Under the pieces are notes generated by a model that saw only the letters and a list, made by a program, of their open reading frames with translations, was not told where the DNA came from and ran no database searches. This document shows, piece by piece, positions 37,336 to 51,369 of a stretch of DNA of 61,342 nucleotides. Within the stretch, counting starts at the first letter, position 1. The number at the start of each line of letters is the position of its first letter. This stretch comes from Dicyema japonicum (lineage: Eukaryota; Animalia; Dicyemida): contig RDEW01000016.1 of assembly GCA_011109175.1 (NCBI GenBank), forward strand, positions 858,367-919,708, given 5' to 3'. The position numbers and the translations under genes were made by a program.

Positions 37336-39093
37336 TTCGCATTTTGTGAGAATGCTTTCAATATTGGGTGATGAACAAAGGTGCACATCAATTGTCACTC
37401 CTAATGTCCTCTGACATCTGTTGAAAGGGATATTAACTAAGTTTTTCTAAAAATTTAGAAACAATAATATCTGTATCCAAATAAACAATAAATTAACATT
37501 TAATTTAATAAATTCTTTTTATTTTTTTGAAAACAAATTTTGTTAACACAATTTAAAATGAATCTTGAATGTCACTTGGTGCTTCTGTAACTTTCTACTT
37601 GTCCAGTTAAAAATTTCTAAATTGAGGAGACAAAATATACTTTTTAACACAACATAATCCAACTGTATTTTTATCTCCAAATGTAATTGGAAAACGAAAG
37701 GATACTTGTACTAAAAAATCAAGCACTTGAACCATCCTCGTAACTCTCCCGATTGTGACTTCGGTGATTTGGAGACATCAGCCTCAGAGTAGTGCTGAGG
37801 TAATCAATTTAAACGGACAGAGATCCTGTATAGAAAAGTGTATTATGTTCGTTTTTACATCAAATTTAAGATGCTACAGTTATCATGCTACCTTTGTGAC
37901 ATGACCCCTTTGAAGATGGAGATTATTGATAAGAATTGGTATTTAATGGGTTTCGCCATTTCCTGAAATGTGCAAAATGTAAAAACTGAGTCGAATCCAC
38001 TGGTTTGTTACGTTTTTTTGATATCAGTGAGTACAGGATTGAATCATTGGCTGAGATCATTTTGGGTCAGTTGAAATAGCTCTTGGCTAGAGGATTGTCT
38101 GAATCCGCATCATTTTAGTCTCTTCTCTCTCCACAACCGACTTACTTAACTCTCCAGAGACTCCGCCATGATGAGATATTCCTTTATCAACTGAAGAGGA
38201 TGTGAGTGCAAAAATGACACAGTGTAACTGTAAAGGTTATCCAATCCAGAATCCGAGNCGGGGGGGGGGGCTTTTTACCTGGACAAGATGATGAGGACTT
38301 CAAAAGGAATTATAATCAGCTGACGTTGGAAAGTCACTGTAATAAGCGAGTGTTCCCGTCAGTGAAAAGGTAATTATTCTGTAATAAAATCCACATCAGA
38401 GACTTTAATAGTCTCCACCACGGATTTAGAACTTGCCATCAATTTCGAATATTATGATGGAAACGTTTTTAAAGGGATTATTGATGGACGTACGTAGAGA
38501 AGAGAGTTCTTTGTCATCAGATCTAACCATCTCCATGTAAGCGTACAATGAATCATTTGGAAGCTCGATATATGAAAAATATTCAAATGCTGTTGTCAAA
38601 ATCTGAACTCGGGACATCTGACATAAGTAAAATGTTAACTTTTTTATTTCGTNAGGGATTATTGGTGGACGTACGTAGAGAAGAGAGTTCTTTGTCATCA
38701 GATTTAACCATCTCTATGTAAGCGTCCAATGAATCATTTGGAAGCTCGATATATGAAAAATATTCAAATGCTGTTGTCAAAATCTGAATTCGGGACATCT
38801 GACATAAGTAAAATGTTAACTTTTTTATTTCGTGAGGGGATGACATCTCCCAGATTATTGAAGGCTTCTTTTGACATATTTCTTCGTTCTCTCTTCATCA
38901 AATTGTGATATGCTCGTCAGAGCTGAACATTTGAGGTTATTTCAAGTACATTGTCGTCTTCAGAATGCCAAAGAATAGAAAAAATAGTAAAACTAAATTG
39001 AACTCGGTCAACCATTTTAAAACAATAAACGAACATGCATTATTTTTATACAATTACTATATCTGCTTAATTGATTTGGAACCGAATGAATTT

Positions 39094-39975
39094 AAGAAGA
39101 TTGATACTTCCATCCGTAGTCTGCAGAGTAAATATCATATATAAGCTGGCTAAAGGTACTTAAACTAGCTTACAAATAGAGGCTGTGCCTACCTCGAAAC
39201 ATGCTAGGGATATAATTGTGCTCGATCTCTTCCTTCAGTATGAGAATGTTATTTGGTTTTAAGAACAATTTGAAAGGAAGGTGTTTTTGTTGCAGAAGTT
39301 CTCCTATTCTTCAGGGCAAACCTTAGGTAAAACACATATGGCTACCATTGAAGAATTTGTATATTTTGATTGACCTACAAAGGGAAAACTTACTCTGTTG
39401 ACAATATATTTATTCTGGATAGTACATTTTTGATTGACCTACAAAGAGAAAACTTAAAGAAACAAATAAGTATGTAAAGTCTTCATTTGCAAGTGTACAA
39501 AAACCTATCGGAAGAATTTATAAACACTGAATTTTCATCTCTGTTATAGGAAAAGGGAACAACTCTCGAAAATCGGAAGTCTTGTTCTGTTAAGTGCAAG
39601 ACAGAAATTTTTTCTTTGGAGAACTGAAAAAGATTTGCAAAAACTGTCGATCATTTTGCTACAAGATTTGGCAAAATGTTGCACGGATATTACGTCAGAA
39701 AACATCATGAAATCGTACAATGCCTTCACTTCCATTTTTACGATGCCTTCAAAAAGATTAGAAACCCACTCAGTGAAAACAATTTAGATGAATGATTTGA
39801 TAGAGATAAAGTTGATGCTTTCATCAAAACCAATATAAACATTGAACACAACATGCCAGATTTATTTATCCATGATAAAAAAAGAAATCAAGGTTATTGA
39901 TTGAAGTGGGTGTAACATCAATCCAAAATCTCCAACAAGTAGAATTTGAATTTTGAGAAAGTATGACAAGTCTCC
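39094..39975 (+). mobile_element. R4/Dong-like RLE retrotransposon, 3' half (post-RT, CCHC-like region, RLE)
   Basis: KTVDHFATRFGKMLHGYYVRKHHEIVQCLH; IKTNINIEHNMPDLFIHDKK...IEVGVTS...QVE...KY. Confidence 0.85.
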
Positions 39976-39979
39976 CTGA

Positions 39980-40950
39980 TTGGAAGACGAAAGGAGTAGA
40001 TAAAGTATACTAACCCGGAAACAATTCAGCACTGCGACAACTTATTTGATCCCATAGCTGAACAACTCTCAGTCTGCTGCAGATTATCGACCGATAACCT
40101 ACATCCAACCCTGTATAAGCTGATGATCGAATTTGTTGCTAATAAGGTTCGGATATTTGTAGAGGCAAATAGAATTCTCTCCGATAATCAGTTGGGTATG
40201 TTGCGAATTTGTCATGGACAAAAGAGCAAGATTTGGTCAACATATGCCTTTCTGCGTCTCATGAAACTCACTATAGTCATGTTGGTGGACGTGAAAAAGG
40301 CTTACGATTAAGTTGATCATTCTTACCTCGTCGAGTGCTTACACAGGATGTATAAGCCTGGTTTAATATTTATCTGAATTAAATAGGAACCAAAAAGGCG
40401 AGGTAAAACTCAAGAAAGGGTCCTTTAGGGAGATAGCATTTCCCCACTGGTCTTTGTTCTCTGTTCGGAGTCATTTAGTCGCCGCTTCAATGTTCGGTTT
40501 GAGCAAATACCAGTTATTTGTGAGGGTGTTTATTTCATTACAAATCAACTTTTTACCTGAAGATGTATACTCGAACAGCCGAGAAGCTCTACTTTATTGG
40601 GGTATGTGCCGGGGATTTCTTTGAGAGTATAAAACTAGATTTAAATTATTCCAAATCTGCGACTAACACGGAAGTATGTAGTGAGTTAGCAAGAGTCCTA
40701 GAAGAACACTGATAAGTATTTGGTTTTTACCGAAACTCCAAAGTCCTTTATAATGCCTGGGAAAAGCGACAAATTATTGAGGGCATTCGTAAAAGAGCTG
40801 CGTTATTATGTAAGACGTCTCTAAATGCAAGAAAATTATTTCTTGCATTAAATGAGTGTGCTATCATGCTGCTAAACTACTATATAAGTGTTGTGGACTT
40901 TGTGCTTAAAAAGTGTGATGAGATGGATGTTATGGTCTGTAGAGTACTCA
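39980..40950 (+). mobile_element. R4/Dong-like retrotransposon RT domain, decayed
   Basis: ADYRPIT, NQLG, VDVKKAYD.VDH, GVL*GDSISPLVFVL, LDLNYSKSATN. Confidence 0.8.
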
Positions 40951-40989
40951 GACTCTATGCAATAGCAGTGAATAAGTAGAGACAATATT

Positions 40990-42700
40990 TATTTCGTGAT
41001 AAATACAGCCGCTGTACGTAAGACGACATATTAAAATCAATTAGCCAGAACGATACACGGTGTTCTTTTTTCATTTCGTTAGTTTCCCTCCTATTTCTTT
41101 CAGAAAAGCCGCAGTGAGGAATCCTACGGCTNAAAGCACATCTCAGAAGGAAGGAAGTGGAGAAAGTATCCACACAGGTTACATTGCAGACCAATGATTT
41201 TCCGTGTGAATATGGAAAAAGCGTCATTTCGTCTTCCTCTTGCATCTACACGAACTAGTCCAACAGGCTCCGGTTGAGCTGGGAAACCTGCTTCTTCAAA
41301 GGTTCGTATAATAACATATTTCAATGCTTCGTGACGACGTAAGCCACCTGCACTCCTATTGCAAGATAAAGGATGTTGTCTTTTGGTGTCAACTATTCCT
41401 TCACAACGGGATCTGTTTTTCTGGCAGACGTCAAGTCCCAATCGTAGTGCTATTCGGATTCTCACACAGTCGTCGTCTATAAGAGTTTCGAAAGAAGCTC
41501 ATGTAAATGCGTGGAGCCATGCACCACTCCCATGTAGTGCAGCGATAGCAAACAGGTAAGCTGGTGTTGGTTCGACTCTTGCTTTAATCAGTGGTTCTCA
41601 ACCTAGGTTCCGGGGAACCCAGGGAAATTTATTATAAATTATTTAATAATAGTTTTTAATTATTATCTACAGATGCAATTTAAAAATGTCAAATTTTGTG
41701 AAAAACGACAATCTAAATTGACCTGAGTATCTTATTAAGTATTGAATTATTTTAGTTAAACAGGTGAGTTATCTTGTAGCACGCGTTTGAGAGGCACATA
41801 TAATTGACAAAAATCTTATAAAGCCAGGTTCAAAAAAATCATCGAGTGTATTTATGGCGAACAATTTTGACGGTCATCCGTATTAAAAATACATTAAATG
41901 CGTTGCCGTTCTGCAAGAGTATCTTGATGAATCAAAATGCGCATTGGATTATGGAGTACTTCAGGACATCAAAGATCATTTGGTAATTTTGGATGAATAC
42001 ATTGCAAAATATTTTCCGGATAAATTTGATGACGATTAGGTTCAAAATCCGTACGAATTTAAAGTAATCTAAAATCAATTTAATATGAAAATCTTAATGC
42101 TTAACATCAGTAACAACGGCAAATCAGATATATAAAATAAATCCCTTTTAATTTTTGGAAAGCATACATTTCAAAATATCCTGATATCTCAGAAAAGGCT
42201 ATACGTTCACTATTACCTCTCCCTGCGACTTAGTTATGTGAGTTGGATTTTCAATAAATACATCTACCAAATTTTACATGATATGAGAATACAGTTGTCA
42301 ACAATAACTCATAACGTTACACAACTATGCTATGATAAAAAGTTACTCAATGTTCATATTAACTTGTTTTTGGTTATTACGATTATGTCTTACGTGAAAA
42401 TTGTAATTATTGAATTGTAAAGGTTCTGCATAAAATAAATTAACCCAAAAGTAACCCAAAAAGGTTCCGCGAGAACCTTAAAGTTGAGAGCCACTGCTTT
42501 AGGCTATCAACGATAGCAAATCCTGTTTCCTTCCACTGCAAGCAGACTTCTTCAAACACTGTGTCTAAGGAAAGTCCAGTTGAGTGACGTAGGAGTTCTC
42601 GGACTAGATGACTGTAGCTCGAAAGCGACGATAGGTATACAGATGGGCGACTCCACAGCCGATATTAGTCAACTCCTCTGAGACTTGAAGGAGGTTTACA
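40990..42700 (-). mobile_element. CRE-type element 3' region, split by a hAT insertion (parts 40990-41588 and 42497-42700)
   Basis: PSVYLSSLSS...WKETGFAIVDSLK | QESNQHQL..LLS, GSGAWLHA, RIRIALRLGL.VC...HPLSC.RSAG..RRH, EPVGL, GKSLVCNVTCVDTF. Confidence 0.88.
41589..42496 (+). mobile_element. Non-autonomous hAT (Buster/Charlie group) deletion derivative, 908 bp
   Basis: TIRs CAGTGGTTCTCAACCT and AAGTTGAGAGCCACTG (14/16 match); subterminal ggttcc..gaacc at both ends; transposase C-terminal remnants YFP...QNPY and FW...YPDISEKAIRSLLP...LCE. Confidence 0.9.
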
Positions 42701-42999
42701 TTGTGTATATTAGTGGTGACTAGACTATTTGTCTCAACCGGTAATCGTTACTTTTTGTCATGCGGTTAAACGGATCTAACGTTTAAATCGATATACGTAT
42801 CGTTATCAACCTGGAGTCGTTGTTAACCGGTCACAATTATTATTAAATTTTTTTACATTAGTATTGTTTAATAAATCTTATATAAAATAAATAAATTTAA
42901 ATGAATTGTGATCTTGTTGAGTATCTTCTTTCCTTCCATGAAAGTGAAGGTATACTTCAATCCAAAGTTAAATTCTAGACCTAAACGCAATTATAATCG

Positions 43000-45450
43000 A
43001 CTATACCACATTTTCATCAACCTGATCGAAAACCATTAAGATAACAAGGACTCAATAAGACATCTTCTTTTAACACAGCTTTCTAATAGTTCCAAACTGA
43101 GTGATCTTATAGTTATGTGTATCAATAATCTAATTACGGAAACTTATTAAATTCGAAATATTCTTCTTTACTTGACAATACAATAACACATAGATTTAGT
43201 TCCACGTGCTTATTATGATAAGTGCGTAAATTGCATCCATTTGTCGTTTTGCTGAGTTTTTTCATCCAGAAAAGCGGATTTATTTTCCCTAAAGTAATGC
43301 TTTTGTAATTTTTAGCCATTTCCACCGTTTTATATCAAATTTATCACACTATAAATAAATCCGAACTCATCGAGTGCTTCTCTAACTCTTTCGAATGAAT
43401 GAATGTCAAACTACAGAAGTTTTGCATAAAATCGTTAAGAGCTTCACTTTAGCCCCAAAGAAACAGTTGCATTCAAAACTTACTTGGATCTATCAAATTC
43501 TGTTTACAGTTTTGCACTCAATGATTTCTCTGCCCAACGGATTTTTGGAGCTTACTACGGATTTAATTTTTGCAAGTAGCTTTCTAGATAAACTAATTGT
43601 CGGCAAAATGAACGATTCCCAATCATTTTCGGTGAAAGTTCTTTCATTAAACCAGCATATTCGAGTTTTTTTAATTTTTTTATTTAAGATCAAGTCTCAT
43701 TCACTAATTGGATGAGCTCTTCTAAAATATTTGAACGACAGACCTCTTCCGAGGATCAGTGCAATCCTCAGATTTCGATTTAACAACTTTGAAACAGATG
43801 AACTCATTTCGTGTGGTTCAATTGCTGTCATTTTCTAAGAAATGACACAGTGAAGCTTCTCAGTAGCTTTTGGACCCCGAGTATGATACCAGCACGTGGT
43901 TTGAATGTCTTTAAATGTCTACGTGTAAATGATGATGTGATGCGAGATGTAGACTGTCGGACTACTTTGACATACAACAAGACCAAGGTGGGTAATACTA
44001 TTTGTTGTACTTCTTTTCAAGGAAATGACGGATAATTAATTGTTCTCAATTTTGGGGGTTCATTGAGAGATATTTAGAGGATCATCTGATTAGTCAGTAT
44101 TACATCAATTCTACCTTGCAGGTGCAGAATTATAAAGATGTATATTTTCTGATTAGACTTATCCTTTATCGCTAATAAACTTGTGTTTCTCAAATCTATC
44201 AAACAGAATATTAGAGTCACTACATCGACTCTGACTTAACGAAAGTACAACAAACTAAATATTTTCGTATTTGACAAGAAAAAGAATGAGATAATTCTAA
44301 TCCAAGTGGAATTACATGTCAGGATACCCTATAATGGCACAAGTAAGACATTGTTATTCTTAAGTTTTGAGTTATTCAGTTCTTCAAGAATATTCAAGCG
44401 GCATGAATTTGGGTAGCCATAGTACGATCACAAAATAACACAAATTCAAAGGAGTAGAACAACATCCTGAGACATCGCCTATTCCGAGTAGGCAATTCCA
44501 TAATAAACGACTTCTTTCTCGCTTATTCATTTTAGATAAACAATTCTCTGCAATTATGCAGACTTTTTTAAGTAGATTATTCAAGATGAGTTGTCATTGT
44601 GGAAGCACAATCATCTACATTGAGTTTCCCAAGATAGGTATCTGCCATCTTCGAGAAGAGACAATTGTTTGTAAGTATCTTTTGTTTTTAAGGCAAATTT
44701 ATGAGGCTTAACCAAACCAGGAATCGGGTGGTTTTCAGCCCTCACGTAATAGAAGCATGATGTCAATATGTTTCATAAATTTTCCATCACTCCTTGAAGA
44801 GAAGGCAAGAAGATCGTTCATATCGAACGTCATTCAGCATCTATAACGATGTTCCATTCCAAAGTCGCAAATTAGAAAATCAAATGCCACAAATTTATAT
44901 AATGATTGAAATGCAAATGAAGGCCTCATATTAATAAATTTTTTCCGCTTTCTTTCAACCGTGCAATTTCCATCACAAATTAAGAGTCGTTCTATTTCTT
45001 TGCAGAAATTGGCAATGTGCACAAGTTTTTGCCGAAAGAAGTTTCTAGTTACAGGCTTCTTATATCATTTAAGACGAATTCTTAGAAAGTCATGCGTATA
45101 TTTTTTTGTACATTATCTTCCAAATAAATATTTATATGGAAGATAAAATTGAAGAAATAACAATTCCAAGTTAAACAGCTATTAAGCAGCGGTCTTCCTC
45201 TTAAATGGATTGGTCTTAACACAACTTTTGAGTGACCTGAGATAGCTGAGATTCTTCAAATTGAAGAAATAACAATTCCAAGTTAAACAGCTATTAAGCA
45301 GCAGTCTTCCTCTTAAATGGATTGGTCTTGACACAACTTTTGAGTGACCTGAGATAGCTGAGATTCTTCCATTTGAGTTTAGTTCGTGTACTTGTACCAG
45401 TGATAGTCGTTCATGTTCAATTTTAGAAACAGCGATATGAGTTCTGGATA
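43000..45450 (-). mobile_element. Very decayed APE-RT LINE (tentative)
   Basis: Weak motif remnants in the expected order: ILG(D)(F)N (~44620), CWFNE (~43650), KNYKSITL (~43300). Confidence 0.35.
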
Positions 45451-46439
45451 AATCTTTTCGTTCGTAAACCTGTAATCTTGATCGAGACATTTTATTTTAT
45501 TATCTTGTTCACATATGTGCATGCAAACTGTGAGGAATGGGCAAGCCAATGCTCTCATCCTCTTTATTAAGACTTTTAATGTTTTAAACCTGAAATCTTG
45601 ATCGAGACATTTTATTTTATTATCTTGTTCACATATGTGCATGCAAACTGTGAGGAATGTGCAAGCCAATACTCTCATCTTCTTTATTAAGACTTTTAAT
45701 GTTTACTAAAAAATCCACGATAATGTTGATAATATACAAGTCAAACGAGTCTATTCCACTTTTGCCTATACTCAAATTAGTCCGATCTTCATGAATTAAA
45801 TGAAATTTACAAGATACAGATTTTTCAGATTGCATATAGTAGATTTTCGAGGCATCTCGAGTTTTGATAACTACCATAGCATGTGTGGACAAACATTGGT
45901 TAAAGTTGCTTTGTGTGATAAAGGGATGGAGATCCTATCACCTTCAGCACTCACTGACAAAAATATCTTTGCCACATAGCTGTTGAAAAACTTTAGAATT
46001 CTGCGAAGACAAAGGAGTCTTTTAAGTATGAACACAATAAGGTTAAGATGGCTTTTGAAACCATATCGAACATTCATGGAAAATAATTTGCAAGTTATGA
46101 AATGTATAAGGATAAATACGGGAATGTGGGACTGTCTTTAAGTGACTTGTATGAGTTTGTGGGTAGTTACTAATGATCATGTCATCAAATGAAAGCAAGA
46201 TGTACTTCCAACGACCCTCAGATATTTGTGAAAGAACCAGAGAGGATGTTTGACTACAAACCACCTCATAGAACTAGATTTTTAAGTCCACAAAATCTCG
46301 ATAGGTTAGGAGTTAGAACATCGTACTATTTGTCTCACTGATTTTTGCTTTTCATACACAAAAAGAGAATCATACTTAGAGTGAGTTCGCATTCTTCTAA
46401 CCATTTCAGACATTATCCCAGTTAGTCACACCCTATAAC

Positions 46440-46940
46440 AATTCACTACTGGGCTTTTATTAACGCAATCAAAACTCCTTGTACAAACAAAATTCTGGAA
46501 TCTCTTTCCTTCTACATTAATGAAACAAAGCTTCCCTACTACGGGAAATTTGTACCCTCTTGGTGCACTTTCGATCTTGTTACTATAGGGATATTTGCGT
46601 TAACTGAGTATTGTGTTATTGAGGTACCTTTTTTCGGATTACAAAAAAGTCCACTCTAGTCTCTAAAAATTATTTGGATTGATTATATGGGAAAACTAGG
46701 TGACCGTGGATTATACATTGACACCCTTACGTACGAGATACTGCCCAGCTTACTGAGATTNACTATAGGGATATTTGCGTTAACTGAGTATTGTGTTATT
46801 GAGGTACCTTTTTTCGGATTACAAAAAAGTCCACTCTAGTCTCTAAAAATTATATGGATTTATTATATGGGAGAACTAGGTGACCGTGGATTATACATTG
46901 ACACCCTTACGTACGAAATACTGCCCAGCTTACTGAGATT
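46440..46940 (+). mobile_element. APE remnant with an internal duplication at N 46761
   Basis: YINETKL motif; 46582-46760 repeated at 46762-46940. Confidence 0.4.
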
Positions 46941-49900
46941 TGGTAGTTGAAGTGAATCAATACCATTCACCTATCTTGTTTTAAAAGTCTTTTATCATTA
47001 AATCATACTTAATTCAGTATGTTTTTTAGAGAGTAATTATAATTATTAATGGCAACTTGAATCAGAGATTTTTAAATTTTTTGCAAATAATAATTACTAG
47101 TAAAACAATAACATGATTGATAAAAAATCAACATAAATCATATCCTTCTTCGAATACGGTTCCAGTTCCTTCACCTACAATTACAATAAACAGTACCTTT
47201 TTACTATTTTGGCACATATCCCTTTTTCTAACAACATTTACGTCATTCACACTCGCATTCTCAAACTCTTAACGGGAATCACTCACATTTACTCCAGGAG
47301 CAGAAGTATTAGGGCCAACAACCGTCACGTAATTAATCCTAAATCAGAAAACTCAATACTGCATCCATATCTACAATCTGAACCAACTCGAAGTCCATCT
47401 TAGCATCCTTTAGATCACCCTGAGTTCGGAAGATAATAATATTCATAAACAATACATCCAAGTAATAATTTGGGAGGTCTTTAAAGTTCATAATCATCTC
47501 CAACTGTAGGATCTACCATAATCGAATAACTCCCCAACACTAACGGACACAATATTGCTCCCCTTAGAGATAGCTAAGATCACGACATGGGGTACCTGAT
47601 ATAAACTTACAATCCATTCTGAAAAAATTCAGGGAACTTAGATGGTCATATTAGACATCCTGGGTCACATCAGTCACATGCATTCGGTCTCATCATCCTA
47701 AGAGTTATTACGATCCTCACATTATGTTGAATTCGCTCAATTCCACGTGGACCAAATGACACAGTTGTATAACTTCATCATGAGAACACAATGTGCCAAT
47801 GACCACTAAGTTGGATCTGCTTCATTGGTTGGATTCTTTGTGCCAATGACCACTAAGTTGGATCTGCTTCAACAAATGGGCAGGCCAGTCGTCCTCTCCA
47901 ATAAAGGACATCTCACTAAAGTGCTCTTTTGTGCAGATTCGCTTAGGATGGGAAATTCCTGACTTGTACATTCTGGTATATAAACACAAATCAACCTATT
48001 AAAGTTTCCAAACTCTTTTCCCAACTATGTGGATATCCTTTTCAGTGAATTCCACTATCGTTGACACCACAAACCATCCTTGCTGAAAACGTTATTTAAA
48101 TTTTTATTTATAAAACAAATTTTCATTATTTAAGAAAATATTAATATTTTAAAAACCAAAAAATTCTAATAAATTAGGCTAATCAAATCTATTTAATAGA
48201 GAGTTTTCGGTACAAATAATTAAAATAAATAATAATATAAATAATAATAAATAATAATACAAATAAAGCTATCGTTAAGGGTTGATGTAAATTTTCGGAT
48301 TTTTCTTAAATTAGTATCTTCTATTTGTCAAGGGTATTTTATTCTGGACAAATTTCTAATGAACGATCTTTTCCTTGACAATTTGTAAACTCTGTGTCAT
48401 GTCTATATCCCGCCTCAAATTTTGCGTACTATTTCCTATATCTCAAAATATTGAGATTGCGTGGACCAATGGATTTGTTACAATGCGGAAAGTTAAATGC
48501 CAAACATCTGCTCTGGCTTGAGATACAATCAGACTACAATCGTTGAGAGTATAGCCTATCTATACTACGAATTAACTATTCTCATTAATCCGGATTCTTA
48601 TAGTAAGAACAATCCGAAAAGTGGTTAGCCCAACTTTCCCGGACTTGTTATTATGTACTCCCTCCCTTTGCTGGATATTTTTTATAAGATTTTCATTATG
48701 GTTTTACGAGCGAACATAATTCAATCGTGTTGAAACTTAAAAAATATATTTGATTGCCATATGTTCTACGAAGTACAAGAACTATTCAAGGCAAATTGGA
48801 TTAGTTTCTGCACGTTAGTGGAAAATTGTCTATCGGGCCTCGCTGTGGAAGACTTCCCGACAAAGCAACCAATATGTTAACTTAGTTATTCAGAAAGTGG
48901 ACAAAATATCTGAATTCTTCACTCCTTTTAACTTCGTTTGATGTAGAAAAGACAATCAAATTTCTACGAACCACCGAAACATGTTCATCTCAAACACCTA
49001 AGACCTCAGGCACGTATCGTGCTATCGAGACTATACAACTAGTTTTATTTACTTGTCCTATATTTACGCTTTTCATTGTTAATAGTTCTAATGATGACTA
49101 GCTTTTAAAAGATAGTCGGGGTTAATAACTGTGTATAGTATAAGAACCCGTCCGATCTTCGTGTCCAGGTGATAAGTATAATTTGTAACTCCAAAAATAT
49201 GATTACGAGAGTCATTAATGAAACGAAGGGAATCAAGATGTATTTCCATTATAAACGTAAACATTGCGAGTCTGATGTCTCATATTCAAACACCGACTTT
49301 CTTTATATTCAACGACTCTTCTTGTTATTCACAAAAAAAACAATATGATCAAACAATTCAACAATTCAAAATAATTTCCTTTGATAAACGCAAGAGAACA
49401 TAATCTTATTCAATACAATATTCAAGGAATAGCATTTTCTATTTTGTTTTATTTTAATAAATATTCGCAATATTTATAGATTCATGCAGTTCAATCGGTA
49501 AATTGTTTGAAACATAATTGTTCAGCATGATAAGGAGTATAACAATTGGTCGGCCACAGAAGTATTTCCACACGAATATGAAATGATCTTCCAGCATTTG
49601 AGATCCTGGCAGGCCACTAAAAATCCTGGTTTCACAGGAAAAATCGAAATCTAATGTTGATATCACGCTTAAAGCTTATCCAGAAAGTGTTGAAATCAAA
49701 ATTGACGAATTTCGAGTGGAAACTACTCGTTAAGAAATTATAGGGAGAGAACAGCCCGGGAACAAAAGAGGGGACTGGGAAGGAAATATAGATGTATTTT
49801 TTCTCTCTTTGTACACTTCATTTCTCTCATTGACTTTATACTGCCCACTTAGTATAAGCAGAGTTTGAGTAGAATCGTTGATTTTGTTATCTTTGGAGCA

Positions 49901-51369
49901 AAAATTGGCCATTTATCTCAGCTACAGCAAATTAATTGCTGTTTCACAGATTAAATAGCACTTTGAAGTGAATGAAGCAGAATTTGACTTGCTGTGTGAT
50001 TATTTAATAAATGTGTTATAAAAGTGCTCTTTACTGGATTTTTCCTAAAAAAGGCTAAACTGTCCCAGAGGAAAGTTATTGGGACCAACGAATTTATAAT
50101 TCAACTCCTGCAGTGTTCCGTGGTTCAAAATTTTTATTTCTGAAAGGAGAGAATTCAAAGTACAATATTGCCTCACATATTAAACTTGGCTCGTAAAAAA
50201 GAAAGTTGGGAGATTCAAAGTAAATTCTTACTAATTTCCCCAGATATTTTGACCTTCTATCTACTTTACGACACGTGCTGCGTGATTCTGTCTTTATTTG
50301 ACTACGGCTTAAAGGACCGTATGGAATTTGTGATCCATTCGATAGTCATATGCTTTAATTTAATATTTGAGAAAGACCATTTGGATACTGGCATCCTTCT
50401 TACTCTGATCAAACGTATAAACTTATTTTTGTTGACACAAACACGACCATTCGCAGTTTATTCGTTTGTTTGATCTCCAAGATTGCCAGACAGTACGAGG
50501 CTGCCTTTACTAATTCCATACTTCTCGGTTATGAAAGATGTCGTCATTCTGATGATATTGGGATCTTGTTGAAAACTTTTACCTTCTAGTAAGCAGAGAC
50601 CTCGTTAAGGATTGATAAGTTGGAAAAGACCACAGAAGCAGTAATTTTTTAATATTAAGCTGAGATTTCAGTCTGGAATGTTGATTGAGGGAGGATAATT
50701 CAACTTTGTCAAGATGTTCGCATCCAAAGTTTGAAAAGCCTGATGAAAATGAGTTTATATGATATTTCCCGCGTTTTAAAGCGTGAACATGCCATTTGTG
50801 GAATTCACGGATACAAAGATAACTTTACAGACGGCCAATATTACTAGTTTTAACAAATCGATCAATATATATACAATTTCCCATATTTAATTATGTGGAA
50901 GACTCGTAGAAGGGGATCTACATATCCCATTGATATTGTCTGACTAAAAGGTCTGAGTTACTCCCTAAAATTTGCCAGAACAATCGAAACAATGAGAAGC
51001 ATTGAGACATTGAGATAATTTTCTAAGCGTTCTTTTATCATACTCAAAAGTGGAGACTTTCACGTAACTCATGTAGTCACAGTTCTTTATGCGTCTATTT
51101 TCAGAATAATATACTGAATGTGAAAGAATCCACGTGGTTTTGTCTAGCTACAACTTCAAGTGTTTTATGTGGCAAAAGTCTTATGTTCTGAAAGTGACTT
51201 ATGAGCCTTTGCAGAATATGATCTTTTCAAACTCTTATAAAGAACTCTGGTTTGTAAGCCACCTCACTTTGATACGAATTTTGTTGTTTTGAGTAAGCCT
51301 GGAGACTCTAGTAAAAAGTTGATCAATAGTCAGTAGATTCCAAAAGTGAAGCAACGCAGGTAAATCGAG

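Noticed and set aside
38259-38272. Poly-G tract as a G-quadruplex or regulatory element
   Set aside because: It sits directly next to an N at a contig end; probably a sequencing artefact.
47230-47310. LLALILLLL..IP on the minus strand, and similar faint 2A-like traces at ~16745 and ~46400
   Set aside because: Too many edits are needed; high risk of over-fitting in AT-rich DNA.
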